Origin: Octopus sinensis
Taxonomy: Eukaryota
Assembly (NCBI RefSeq): GCF_006345805.1
Contig: NC_043015.1
Span: 39,804,001 to 39,868,000, forward strand
Direction of reading: 5' to 3'
DNA: 64,000 bases
The position numbers and the translations under genes were made by a program. This document shows, in pieces, positions 1 through 11,234 of the stretch (the first letter of the stretch is position 1; each line of letters begins with the position of its first letter). The notes below the pieces were generated by a model, which saw only the letters and a program-made list of their open reading frames with translations, did not search any database and had not been told where the DNA came from.

Positions 1-1789
1 TATATATAAAATAATTATTATTATTTGAGGGAATATTATTCCTAACTTACAGAGACAAATTCAATTTAGAAATACTAAATCAAATTTCACAAAATATAAT
101 ATATATATATATATATAAATTAGAAAAAAAAATACCTTTTATCAATTCAAAATGAACAATTAAATTACACCATCTAGAAAATTACATGATAGAAGTATTA
201 AAATAACAATAATATACCAATGATTAAGTAAATTGCAAAATAATAATAAAAACGTATATATATTCATTTTGAATTGATAAAAGGTGATTTTTTTCTAATT
301 TTTATATAGTATGTATATAGGTATGTTGATGCAAACATGATAAATAGAACTCAAAATATGAGTATATGTATATTTTTATTAATATTAAGCAGAAACTTCT
401 GCTAAATATTAATATATTTGTGTGTGTGTGTGTGTGCTTGCTTTTGGTATATGTGTGTATATATATGTATTCAGTATCCTAAAGCCCATCATTATTGTTA
501 ATAAGATTTACTAACTTCACTTGAGAAGGTGAGAATTACCTTTCATAACGACCCTTCCATACAGTGTATTCTCACAAAAGCCCTGAAAACTGCTAATATT
601 TCCCTAGTTTATCTTAGTACCACCACCACAACTACAACAGTAACAACAACAACACCACTACCGTGTTTATGTGTGCCATGCCCTGTAGGTGTTAGACAAC
701 ATTCGGATTAACTTGTATAAACAGCTTTAACTGATCTGCTGCCTGTTACACGTATATATATATGTATATATATATATACACACACACACACACGTGTGTG
801 TATATGCTTATATATATATATGCTAACCCATACACATATTTTGTTTTGTGGGAACTGTGATGCCCTTGGAGGCAGAGTTAATTCTGTATCAGTGAAGTCT
901 GCTGACATAACATAGGTGCCAGGGAGAGAGAGAGAGAGGGAAAGAGAAGAGTAGACTCGTTAGGGATGTCTTTTGTTAATTGTAATTTCGTACTGATAAG
1001 ATGGTAGCAATACAGCTTCCACGATGTTTACATCATTTCTGAAACTATGAAAACAGCCAGGAGCAAGATGTCTGCACCAGTTGCGGTATTTAACGAATCT
1101 TCTAATTGTGTCCATTTAGGGTTTATTCTCACAGTCTGTCAGATTTAACCCAGTTTTATCTCAAATTCTCTTACCACATAATGTCATTTTACTTGGCTTT
1201 ATAATTGCTGAGCTTTAAAACAGCTTATAATTCAACATGTTATTTCTCGTGTTGATCCCTTTTTTTTTATTTGCCTATTGAACCCTTTATTTCTCATGTT
1301 ACCCCTTTTTACTTACTAATCCTCTGTGTCTCTCATTTTAACCCCTCTTCCTGTGTTAGCCCTTCCTTACTGCTTGTCTTTAACCCTTCTTTTTTTTTTG
1401 TATTTGTCTGGAGGCAAAGGGTCAACTATTTTCCCCCCACTGACTAGAAAGGGTCAAAAGTCAGTCCTCACTGACTTCATTTTCACAGACTATAATTCAA
1501 GTCAAGAAATCTCAGTGTAGGACGCCCCCCCCTTCTTCATTTTCTAAGTCATTTACTCTTATTGATGAGTTACCACTTCATCATCCTCATCATCATCATA
1601 CATCCATTTTTGTTGCTAGTATGGGTCAGATGGTTTGTCGCAGTCTGACCATGTTCTTATTTGGAATTGTTACCTCCTGGGCAAGTCGGGGGACCAAGTC
1701 TCATTTGTATGTTTCGGTTTTGGAAAGTTTCTCTTATCTACTCTCCAAGACTGGTTACCATTATGTTAGATAATGGCACTAACTTACCA

Positions 1790-2047
1790 CTCACTCACAC
1801 ACACACTGGTATTTTTATATGCTGGTGGCACATAAAAAGCACCATTCAAGCGTGGCCAATGCCAGTACCGCTTCATTGGCCCTCATGCTGGTGGCACATA
1901 AAAAGCACCTACTACACTCTCTTGAGTGGTTGGCATTAGGATGGGCATCCAGCTGCAGAAACCTTGCCAGATCATATTGGGGCCTGGTGCAACCTTCTGG
2001 CATGCCAGCCCTCAGTCAAACCGTCCAACCCATGCCAGCATGGAAAG
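1790..2047 (+). mobile_element. RTE 3'-tail fragment
   Basis: GCTGGTGGCACATAAAAAGCAC...GGGCATCCAGCTG...CCGTCCAACCCATGCCAGCATGGAAAGC, same as the LINE 3' terminus. Confidence 0.75.
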
Positions 2048-2606
2048 CAGAATTCCTGGTAAAGTGGTAAGGAACAACACAAGAAGACAAAGAAGCCGAT
2101 TCTGTCCATTAGTTTTGCCTGCAAGGGTCACTCTTGGACTGTATATGCAGCTACCATTTGTTTGCTCAGGAACCCAGGTGGAGGGTAAAGTTAGACATTG
2201 GAACCCATGTCAAAGAGGGTTAAGTTACCACACACTCTGTTATTTAACAGTCACACTGACAACTTACCACACACACACACACACATACACACATACATTA
2301 TGCTATTTAACCATTTTGTTACCATATTTTTTAATGAAGGTACTGCTTTTGTTTCAACTAACTTAGAAAATAATGAAGAATTTATTATGATAATTTTGTC
2401 ATTATTAAGCTGGAGTTTAGAATATAAATTAACATGGAATCTTGAAGGAAAGCTTTCACTTAAAATCACTTTAAAACAAAAATTTTATCATAGAAACAGG
2501 AATGGTCCCAGGTGAGTTGGTATCAAAATGGTTAATAGACTCCATGAGTTGCCACACACTCAGTTTTATAATAAATTTAATAAGTCACCATAAACTCTGT
2601 TATACA

Positions 2607-3000
2607 GTTTCTTATTTCTTTATTGCCCAAACAAGGATAGACAAAGGGATTAAATCGATTACATTGACCCCAGTGCATAACTGGTACTAAATTTATCGAC
2701 TCCGAAAGGATGAAAGGCAAAGTCGACCTCAGCGGAATCTTAACTCAGAACGTAGCGGCAAACGAAATACCTATTTCTTTACTACCCATAAGGGGCTAAA
2801 CACAGAGAGGACAAACAAGAACAAACGGATTAAGTCGATTATATCGACCCCAGTGCGTAACTGGTACTTATTTAATCGATCCTGAAAGGATGAAAGGCAA
2901 AGTCGACCTTGGCAGAATTTGAACTCTGAACGTAGCGGTAGACAAAATACCGCTAAGCATTTCATCCGGCGTGCTAATGTTTCTGCCTGGTCGCCGCCTT
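2607..3000 (-). mobile_element. Tandem pair of tRNA-derived SINEs (family A); one full (2771-3000), one headless
   Basis: Minus strand AAGGCGGCG..GGCAGAAACATTAG (A box) and GAGTTCAAATTC (B box), body GCCTTTCATCCTTTC..GTACCAG..CTGGGGTCGAT. Confidence 0.85.
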
Positions 3001-3184
3001 AACAGTTTCTTCGAGAAGTTACCACCTCCCTCAATTCTATCATCTCACAACTAACATACTTGAATATTGAAACTGGTTGAAACAATTCAAAAATAACAAC
3101 AAAAATATTGGTAAAAATAATTTCAGAATTGGTTTTCTTTCTGTTTGATGTTTTATTTTTATTTTCTGTCTGTCTGTCTTCCAG

Positions 3185-3406
3185 CCAGAACCTTTTTTCA
3201 TATCTTTTGCTCTCTACGATGCCAAAGCGGGGAAAAAAATCACAGAAGACTTTTATGTTGACCCCAACAGTCTCCATATCCGCTCAATGATTCCATCAGA
3301 GTTGTTACACGCTTCCGACAGACTACACACAGTGGACGGTGTCAAGAACACAGCGCCAGAGTTATATAAATTTGATGAAAAATGGTTCTATTCAAAGGAA
3401 AGACGA
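3185..3406 (+). CDS. DOCK9: DOCK9-like exon (window exon 1), phase 0-0
   Basis: ttccag|CCAGAA...AGACGA|gtaagt; PEPFFISFALYDAKAGKKITEDFYVDPNSLHIRSMIPSELL...KERR. Confidence 0.93.
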
Positions 3407-3619
3407 GTAAGTATACAACAAAACACTCTATAAATTCTAATTGATAGTTAGGGCTCTGTAACATGTATAATTTGAATTATTCTATGTAATTACACATTTA
3501 ATGATTGAGAAGCATGTATTATACAAAACTTCATGGTTTTAAACTCCTGTGTTCTGAGTTCAAACTACATATATGTACATATATGTATATGTATGTATAT
3601 ATATATGTATATATATTCT

Positions 3620-3674
3620 AACAAAAACTGTCTGACGAACGGCAACGAGAAACTCAGAGTAACAGATTTTGTTG
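3620..3674 (+). ncRNA. Minimal type I hammerhead ribozyme motif (Penelope-like/retrozyme type)
   Basis: Stem I 5' AACAAAAACTGT; CTGACGA (3632-3638); stem II A-CG-GCAA-CG-A; GAAA (3649-3652); palindromic stem III ACTC-A-GAGT; cleavage triplet GTA (3659-3661); stem I 3' ACAGATTTTGTT. Confidence 0.72.
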
Positions 3675-3867
3675 AATTTTCTGCTGCTTTAAATAAAGTA
3701 TATGTATATATATACATATACATATATATATATATACATATACATATATGTATATATATATATACATATACATATATGTATATACATATACATATATGTA
3801 TATATATATACATATATGTATATATATATACATATATGTATATTTACGAACATATATGTATATTTAC

Positions 3868-3907
<40 letters not shown>

Positions 3908-4078
3908 TAAATATTAGGGAATAAATCCAAATTTACAGGAAAAAATCAGATTTAGGATTAAATCCAATTTTATAGTAAAATATTATAAAATATTATTAGA
4001 GACAAAACCACTATTTTGCAAAACAAACAAAGAAAGACTTAATCAATACATAAAATTTTAATAAATAGTCAAAAAAAA

Positions 4079-4127
4079 CCGCCACTACAATCGTTTCTTG
4101 TCTTGATCGACAATCTTCAGGTGGACT
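4079..4127 (-). ncRNA. Type I hammerhead ribozyme motif in the left arm (mirror copy)
   Basis: Minus strand reads GTCCAC-CTGAAGA-TTGTC GATCAA GACAA-GAAA-CGATTG-TA-GTGGCGG. Confidence 0.72.
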
Positions 4128-4157
4128 TCCAATAATTCAGTTACTGAATTATTGGAA

Positions 4158-4204
4158 GTCCACCTGAAGATTGTCGATCAGACAAGAAACGATTGTAGTG
4201 GCGG
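4158..4204 (+). ncRNA. Type I hammerhead ribozyme motif in the right arm of a palindrome
   Basis: CCAC-CTGAAGA (4164-4170)-TTGTC GATCA GACAA-GAAA (4186-4189)-CGATTG-TA-GTGG; 5-bp stem II, near-palindromic stem III, GTA site ending at 4197. Confidence 0.75.
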
Positions 4205-4604
4205 TTTTTTTGACTATTTATTAAAATTTTATGTATTGATTAAGTCTTTCCTTGTTTGTTTTGCAAAATAGTGGTATTGTCTCTAATAATATTTTATATA
4301 TATATATATATATATAAAATAAAAAAGAAGAAAAAAACTACAGAAGGCTTGTTTTATTAGGTTAAAGAATATATTTAAGTCGTTATGTTAGAAAAATGTT
4401 AGAAAATTTTGTGTATAGTAACATAGTTTTTACACACACACACACACATATATATATGTATACACACACACATGCACTATCTTACCCATACAAACAAGGA
4501 AGGATAAACAACCCACCCCATTATTCTTGAATGTGTGTTTGTTTTTGTTTTTTCTTTTCAAAGTTTCTTAACCGAATGAAATCTGTTTCCCTTGTCTCCT
4601 CCAG

Positions 4605-4807
4605 GCTGTATTTTCTGTGACTGGTCACCCGTCTAACATCTATTTGTATGCCAAAATCGAGAAAGTACTGCAAGGTAGTATATCTCACTGTACAGAACAT
4701 TACATGAAGTCCACAGACACTAAAGTAGGAACCAAGATACACAGACAGATGAAATTATTTTGTTCCAGGATCGGTCATCACAGAATGCCATTTGCCTGGA
4801 CGGCCAA
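4605..4807 (+). CDS. DOCK9: DOCK9-like exon 2, phase 0-2
   Basis: ctccag|GCTGTA...GCCAA|gtaagt; AVFSVTGHPSNIYLYAKIEKVLQGSISHCTEHYMK...HRMPFAWTA. Confidence 0.95.
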
Positions 4808-4835
4808 GTAAGTTCCTTACTTTCAATTAGTTTAA

Positions 4836-5055
4836 CCCCTTTAGTGTTCAGATTATTCTATCAAACATAATGCTTATTGATTCACGTTGATTTGAATTAA
4901 TCATGCATTTTCTCATATCTTCAAGATCTTGATGGTGTAATTACTTAATGTAGAATAACATTGTAGGGTAGGTGTGAGAGCCTGGATCTGGTCAGTTTGA
5001 ACATAAAACAGATTAGCCATTTTGGCCGGATATGGCCGGTTTAAATACTAAAGGG
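4836..5055. mobile_element. piggyBac-type MITE
   Basis: TTAA|CCCCTTTAG...CTAAAGGG|TTAA; related copies at ~9728-9870 (left part) and 53032-53439. Confidence 0.7.
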
Positions 5056-5360
5056 TTAAGTCCTTTCACCACAGCCTTTGACCTTATCAATGACCATGTC
5101 CCCCTGAAGCTCTTCTTTCTTCTCCTCACCTCTTATCGCATATTTACTGTCCATCCATCTCTCAGCTCGTGTTTTATTGTATCCTCACCATCATCCAATC
5201 AACTGTTTACAAAGCAGAATAAGCTTTATTAGGACTCTGTAGCTTCCATATGTAAACTATGCTTTTGTGTTGGTGCGCATAGAAGTAGCTGTCTAATAGT
5301 AGCAGTGATAGTTTATTATAACATTATTACAACACCTTAATTATGCTACATTTTCCACAG

Positions 5361-5468
5361 GTGTGTCTCTCCACAAGCAACAAATGATGCCAAAATGGTT
5401 CTTTATCGACAAGAGAGTTCCAAATTGTCAGAAGAAGAAATTATTAAGAGACTCCAAGAAATGAGAAG
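5361..5468 (+). CDS. DOCK9: DOCK9-like exon 3, phase 2-2
   Basis: ccacag|GTGTGT...ATGAGAAG|gtaaca; CVSPQATNDAKMVLYRQESSKLSEEEIIKRLQEMR. Confidence 0.92.
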
Positions 5469-5722
5469 GTAACAATTGTTAACATTATTATTGCCACCAT
5501 CATCATCATCAACATCACTACCCCATCCCATCATCACCATCATTGATACTTCAACATCCCATTTTCCCATCAATTTATTCCTCATTTTACTATTGTACAG
5601 CAATTTCTCATCTTCCTCTTTGTTGCTATAGTAACAGTTATTTTAGAAATACACCATTCCTTAAAGTATTTTGATTCCAATCCTGTGTTCTTATCCGTGG
5701 TTCTAAAATGGTTTCTTTGTAG

Positions 5723-5802
5723 ACCTGAAAAACAGAGTAAATGGCAAGTAATTCCAGGACATTTGAAGATCCTGATAGAACCAATTGAGTCTCCAGTTCC
5801 AA
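5723..5802 (+). CDS. DOCK9: DOCK9-like exon 4, phase 2-1
   Basis: ttgtag|ACCTGA...CCAA|gtaagt; PEKQSKWQVIPGHLKILIEPIESPVP. Confidence 0.92.
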
Positions 5803-6194
5803 GTAAGTAGAATTCTTACCATTGCTTTTATTAAATACTGGTTATGTGAGTGATTTATTCCATAATTTATCCATATTCAAATTTATTCATAAATTCTGTT
5901 TTGGGTGATTCTCTCATCATTTCAAGGACATTTGTCCATTCAAAGGCAATGCTGAAAATGAATGCTTGCCCTCAGTTCTTCTTCTGCTGTGGTCCTTTCA
6001 ATGAAAACAATACATTATTCATGTATTGTTCTGGGTTCAAACTTTGTTCTGGGTTCCCTTTGCTTTTCATCTTTTCTGAGTTGATGAAATAAATACCAGT
6101 TGAGTACTGGGGTTGATGTAATTGACCTACCTTCCTCCCCACTCCCATCCTCGAAATTGTCAGCCTTGTTCCAAAATTTCAAAACAAATATATT

Positions 6195-6410
6195 CTTTTC
6201 TACTCAAGGCACAAGGCTTGAAATTTTGGGGGAGGGGGGGGGAAGACGATTAGATTGACACCAGTACGCAACTGGTACTTAATTTATCGACCCCAAAAGG
6301 ATGAAAGACAAAGTCGACCTTGGCGGAATTTGAACTCAGAACGTAAAGACAGACGAAATACCTCTAATCATTTTTCCTGGTGTGCTAACGATTCTGCCAG
6401 CTTGCCACCT
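6195..6410 (-). mobile_element. tRNA-derived SINE, family A
   Basis: A/B boxes and body as above. Confidence 0.8.
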
Positions 6411-6655
6411 TAGTTACACATATATATTCTTTTCTACTCTAGGCACAAGGCCCGTTTCTGTCTGCTCACCACCTTTCAAGACAAATATATTAATTTGAAA
6501 GGCAGTGAGCCAGCAGACTCATTAGCTTCCTGGGTAAAGTGTTTAGTGGCGTTTTATTCCATCTTTACACTCTGAGTTCAAATTCCACCAAGGTCTACTT
6601 TACTTTTCAATCTTTCATAGTTGATGAAATAAGTACCGGTCAAGCACTGGGGATG

Positions 6656-6970
6656 GAGGCGCATGGCCTAGAGGTTAGAACAGCAGACTTGTGGTCGAGG
6701 GATCGCAGGTTCGAATCTCAGACCAGGTGATGTGTGTGTTTATGAGCAAAACACCTAAGCTCCACGTGGCTCCTGCAGGAGCTAATGGCAAACTTCTGCT
6801 GACTCTTTTGCCACAACTTTCTCTCGCTCCTTCCTCCTGCATCTTGCAGCTCACCTGCGACGAACCAACGTCTCTTCCAGGTGGGGAACTTGTACGCCAA
6901 TGAAAACGGGAAACCGGCCCTTATGAGCCAGGCTTGACTCGAGAAGGAACAAACAGCGGCTACAACAACA
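6656..6970 (+). mobile_element. tRNA-derived SINE, family C
   Basis: GCGCATGGCCTAGAGGTTAG..GGTTCGAATCTCAGACCAGG tRNA-like head; related copies at 26310-26522 (-), 39905-40262 (-), 50775-51058 (+), 61036-61400 (+). Confidence 0.75.
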
Positions 6971-7146
6971 ACATGAGCGCTGGGGTCGATGTAATTGACT
7001 TATCCTACCTCACCCCCCCACCACAAAAAAAAAAAAGAATTTACTAACTTTGTGCCAAAATTTGAAAACAGTATCATGCTAATCAGATTAATTGCTATGA
7101 CTCCAATTAGACGTTCCTGCTTAACATTGCAACGTTTCTGTTTCAG

Positions 7147-7331
7147 ATTGTGTAACCCCTTCCCTGCTCCCTCTACACCCATTCCCTGAACCTCCAGTTG
7201 GAAATTTACACATTGAAATCGAAGAATTCCAAGAAGACAAAGATTTAAGTTCTCCGTTCACTTGCTACCAAAACTTGCTTTTTGTCTACCCAATCAGCCT
7301 TAAATACGATTGCCAAAAGACTTTCACCAAG
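7147..7331 (+). CDS. DOCK9: DOCK9-like exon 5 (start of DHR1/C2), phase 1-0
   Basis: tttcag|ATTGTG...ACCAAG|gttcgt; CVTPSLLPLHPFPEPPVGNLHIEIEEF...YQNLLFVYPISLKYDCQKTFTK. Confidence 0.94.
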
Positions 7332-7355
7332 GTTCGTTTCTCTCTGTAATGCACA

Positions 7356-8117
7356 GGGTGGAAGAAGTATGAGAGGGTGATAGGGGTGGAGGGTGGAAGA
7401 AGTATGAGAGGGTGATGGGGGTGGAAGAAGTATGAGAGGGTGATAGGGGTGGAGGGTGGAAGAAGTATGAGAGGGTGATAGGGGTGGAAGAAGTATGAGG
7501 GGGTGATGGGGGTGGAGGGTGGAAGAAGAAGTATGAGAGGGTGATGGGGGTGGAGGGTGGAAGAAGTATGAGAGGGTGATGGGGGTGGAGGGTGGAAGAA
7601 GTATGAGAGGGTGATAGGGGTGGAGGGTGGAAGAAGTATGAGAGGGTGATAGGGGCGGAGGGTGGAAGAAGTATGAGAGGGTGATAGGGGTGGAGGGTGG
7701 AAGAAGTATGAGAGGGTGATGGGGGTGGAGGGTGGAAGAAGTATGAGAGGGTGATAGGTGTGGAGGGTGGAAGAAGTATGAGAGGGTGATGGGGGTGGAG
7801 GGTGGAGAAGTATGAGAGGGTGATGGGGGTGGAAGAAGTATGAGAGGGTGATGGGGGTGGAGGGTGGAAGAAGAAGTATGAGAGGGTGATGGGGGTGGAG
7901 GGTGGAAGAAGTATGAGAGGGTGATGGGGGTGGAGGGTGGAAGAAGTATGAGAGGGTGATGGGGGTGGAGGGTGGAAGAAGTATGAGGGGGTGATGGGGG
8001 TGGAGGGTGGAAGAAGTATGAGGGGGTGATAGGGGTGGAGGGTGGAAGAAGTATGAGAGGGTGATAGGGGTGGAGGGTGGAAGAAGTATGAGAGGGTGAT
8101 GGGGGCGGAGGGTGGAA
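7356..8117 (+). repeat. G-rich 35-bp minisatellite (~22 units)
   Basis: Unit GGGTGGAAGAAGTATGAGAGGGTGAT(A/G)GGGGTGGA; source of the two spurious 282-aa ORFs. Confidence 0.95.
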
Positions 8118-8319
8118 TGTATCTTTCTAGACATGGCTGTTTGTTTTCACAACCATGTGGTTCTGGGTTCAAATATGCTGCACAGCAGTTTGCAAAAAGA
8201 AAATTCTTTCTAATATGGCCTTAAGGTGACCAATGCCTTACATGTGTGATTTGGGGGATGGAAACTGTGTGGAAGCCTGTTCTATCTTTTGGTAATATTC
8301 GTTAGTAAAAAAAGAAAAG

Positions 8320-8740
8320 TTGTGACTCTGTGGTAAGAAGCTTGCTTCCCAACCACTTGGTTCAGGGTTCAGTCCCACTGCATGGCACCTTGGACAAGTG
8401 TCTTCTATAGTCTTAGGCCGACCAAACCTTTGTGAGTAGATTTGGTTGATGGAAACTGAAAAAAGCTCATCATATATATATGTGTGTGTGTGTATATGTA
8501 TATATCTGTGTGTGTCTTTGTATTTGTCCCCCACCAGCACTTGACAGCAGGTGTTAGTGTGTTTACATCCCTATAACTGAGCAGTTCAGCCAAAGTGACT
8601 GATAGCATAAGTACCAGGTTTTTAAAAAAAACAAAACGAAAATTAAGTGCTGCAGCTGAATTCATTCAGCTAAAAATTCTTGAAGGTGGTGCTCCAGCAT
8701 GGCCACAGCGTTATGACTGAAGCTTGTAAAAGAGAAAAGA
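8320..8740 (+). mobile_element. tRNA-derived SINE, family B
   Basis: GGTAAGAAGCTTGCTTCCCAACCAC..GGTTCAGTCCCACTGC..GGCACCTTGG..GGAAACTGAAA, internal (TA/CA)n; related copies at 21575-21900 (+), 49150-49556 (-), 63855-64000 (-). Confidence 0.8.
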
Positions 8741-9355
8741 TAACAGATGTTATCTGACTAAAGTACCTTGTGGTATTGGTTGTGCCACAGAATTATGTGC
8801 AGTGAAGTAGGGATTGGCCATCATTTAGAAACCTACAACTAACGATGATGATGACGATGATTAGTATTTTTGATTTATTAGTTTGATAAGCAGGAGAGGT
8901 GGGGCCATGGTGGCCACGGCCCATAGCCTTACTAGTGGATAAAAACTCAATGAGGCCAATGTGGGTAAATCTTGTTGTCGCTATGGATTATCACATTGCT
9001 AATCCAGTGTATTATCTTCACCATTGGAGAAATAGTAAATCTGTTTTGAAATTATACTGTTTTCTTTGAAATATCAGAATTTATTCAACTTCATGGATTA
9101 AGGAATTAATAACCCTTAAAAAAGCGCCACCATTATTTAGGGTCCACAGTCGAATTATAGATATACTCATTTAGGGTCTGAGATTGATCTAAGCAATAAT
9201 AATAGAATCTAATGGTCTGTTCAGTCAGGGCTGACCTGGGGCTAAACAAGCCTGTTGGTCTCTAATCCCCCTTTTATCATAACTGACCACCCACAACAAC
9301 AACAACAACAACAATGGTCAGCTTTGGTATATTCTGTTCTTCTTTTACATTCCAG

Positions 9356-9421
9356 GCACGAAATATCGCATGCTGTATAGAACTAAGAGATTCTGATGAC
9401 GACGGAGCCATTCCTCTAAGG
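9356..9421 (+). CDS. DOCK9: DOCK9-like exon 6 (DHR1), phase 0-0
   Basis: ttccag|GCACGA...CTAAGG|gtaaac; ARNIACCIELRDSDDDGAIPLR. Confidence 0.94.
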
Positions 9422-9887
9422 GTAAACATTTTACCAACTTTTCTTTGTCTTTTGTTTTTTTGTAGTGATTTCTTTGTTTCCCACAAATTTTCAGATGACT
9501 TTTCAAAAAATTGGAACTTTGGGGGTAGATTGTGCATAGTAAGATAGGGGTCGATATAATCGACTTAATCCGTTTGTCTGTCCTTGTTTGTCCCCTCTGT
9601 GTGTAGCCCTTTTTGGGCAGTAAAGAAATAAGATAGTTCATTGTACCACATGGGGGTAGATTGCACAATGCTGGGTAGCATGTTCAAATCAGATAGATTA
9701 GTCAAAGATGGGGGGTGGGATTGTATTTAACCCCTTAGCGTTCCAGATTACTCTTGCCATATTATAATACTTTCTCATTCACAATGTTTTGAATTAATCC
9801 TGCATTATATCTCATAACTTTGAGATTTCAATGATGTGATTGTTTATTTTTACAATGCTTGGGTGACTGCTGGTTTTCCACAAACTA

Positions 9888-10150
9888 CCTTTACGTGCTG
9901 GTGGCATGTAAAAAGCACCATCCGACCGTGGCTGTTTGCCAGACATGTCTGGCACCTGTGCAGGTGGCACGTAAAAAGCACCCACTACACTCACGGAGTG
10001 GTTGGCGTTAGGAAGGACATCCAGCTGTAGAAACACTGCCAGATCAGACTGGGCCTGGTACAGCCTCCTGGCTTCCCAGACCCCAGTTGAACTGTCCAAC
10101 CCATGCTAGCATGGAAAGTAGACGTTAAACGATGATGATAATGATGATGA
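9888..10150 (+). mobile_element. RTE 3'-tail fragment with (GAT)n
   Basis: ...CCAACCCATGCTAGCATGGAAAGTAGACGTTAAACGATGATGAT. Confidence 0.8.
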
Positions 10151-10345
10151 TAAATCTTGACCAGACTTGTGCCTCAAGGGGGAGCTTTCTAGGTGCAATC
10201 CCAGGGTCATTCATGACCCAAGGGGGTCGTTACTTGATGTCATTGTCATGCACACTCAAACCGACTGCCATAAATTATTCAAAATTTGTCATTTCATCAA
10301 CACTCTCCATCCGTACCCTTCACCCCTATTTCTTCTCTATTCCAG

Positions 10346-10438
10346 TGTATTTATGGACGTCCTGGAATGTCTGTGTTTACTACGGTTGCCAGTGCTACTG
10401 TTCTCCATCATAATACTTTCCCAGAATTTTCAGAAGAA
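10346..10438 (+). CDS. DOCK9: DOCK9-like exon 7 (DHR1), phase 0-0
   Basis: ttccag|TGTATT...GAAGAA|gtaagt; CIYGRPGMSVFTTVASATVLHHNTFPEFSEE. Confidence 0.95.
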
Positions 10439-10854
10439 GTAAGTTTATATTTTCTCACCTCCACATATATTCTTTTATCATACCTCCACAATTTACTAAT
10501 TCCCTTTACCTCTCCATTTAACCCACTCTATTTTACCCCCTCGTTTTTACCCTCCCTTCTGTACTGCCCCACCCTGCCAGTTTACTCTTTCTTATTCTTC
10601 TTCCTCCTTTTGCTCTTATATAACCCCACCCCTCACACACTTTATCATCTCCCATTTCATTTTTACTCTCTTTACCTCCTCTGTTACCCTCACTATATTT
10701 TACCCTTTCAACGGTCTTCTATTTTCCTTCACTCATTTACTCTAACACCTACACCAACTTTATACCAATTATTGACCACGTCTCCCCTTCATCCTTTATT
10801 TACCTCCTGTTATTGACCTGTGCCCTTAATATACGAAAGTGATCGATGCCAGGT

Positions 10855-11065
10855 CCACCTGACTGGCCCCTGTGCCGGTGGCACATAAGAAGCACCCACT
10901 ACATTCTAAGAGTGGTTTGCATTAGGAAGGGCATCCAGCTGTAGAAACACTGCCAGATCAGACTGGAGCCTGGTGCAGCTGCTGGCTTTCCAGACCTCAG
11001 TCAAACCGTCCAACCCATGCCAGCATGGAAAGCAGATGTTAAACGATGATGATGATGATGATGTA
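10855..11065 (+). mobile_element. RTE 3'-tail fragment with (GAT)n
   Basis: Same terminal sequence as the 32874 LINE. Confidence 0.8.
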
Positions 11066-11234
11066 TGAACAAATCCCTTAGTGTGTCTTCTCATGTGACA
11101 TACTGTGTGAAGGGACTCCTATGTTGTTGCATGTGGCACAAAATATTTTAAGAGAAAGAATTCCTTTTCTATCAAAAAAAGTGAATTAGAGAACATTTAT
11201 CAGATTGAGATGCAGGATATTAAGGAACTCTTGT

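Larger units (their letters stand above)
3905..4298. mobile_element. Non-autonomous HHR-bearing fold-back element between (TA)n tracts
   Basis: Arms 3984-4141 and 4143-4298 are reverse complements with about 4 differences around a 1-nt loop (4142); extra AT-rich tail to ~3905; (TA)n on both sides. Confidence 0.7.

Noticed and set aside
505-528. Possible upstream DOCK exon ending GAGAAG|GTGAGA
   Set aside because: Weak acceptor, stops in the longer frames, no DOCK9 similarity.
2493-2510. 18-nt AG..GTGAGT candidate microexon (KQEWSQ)
   Set aside because: Poor pyrimidine tract, upstream phase unknown, no homology; cannot support.
6656-6725. tRNA-like sequences here and at the heads of other repeats
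   Set aside because: A/B boxes continue into SINE bodies with no proper acceptor stem; these are SINE heads, not tRNA genes.
7286-8172. Two 282-aa minus-strand ORFs
   Set aside because: They are translations of the 35-bp minisatellite.
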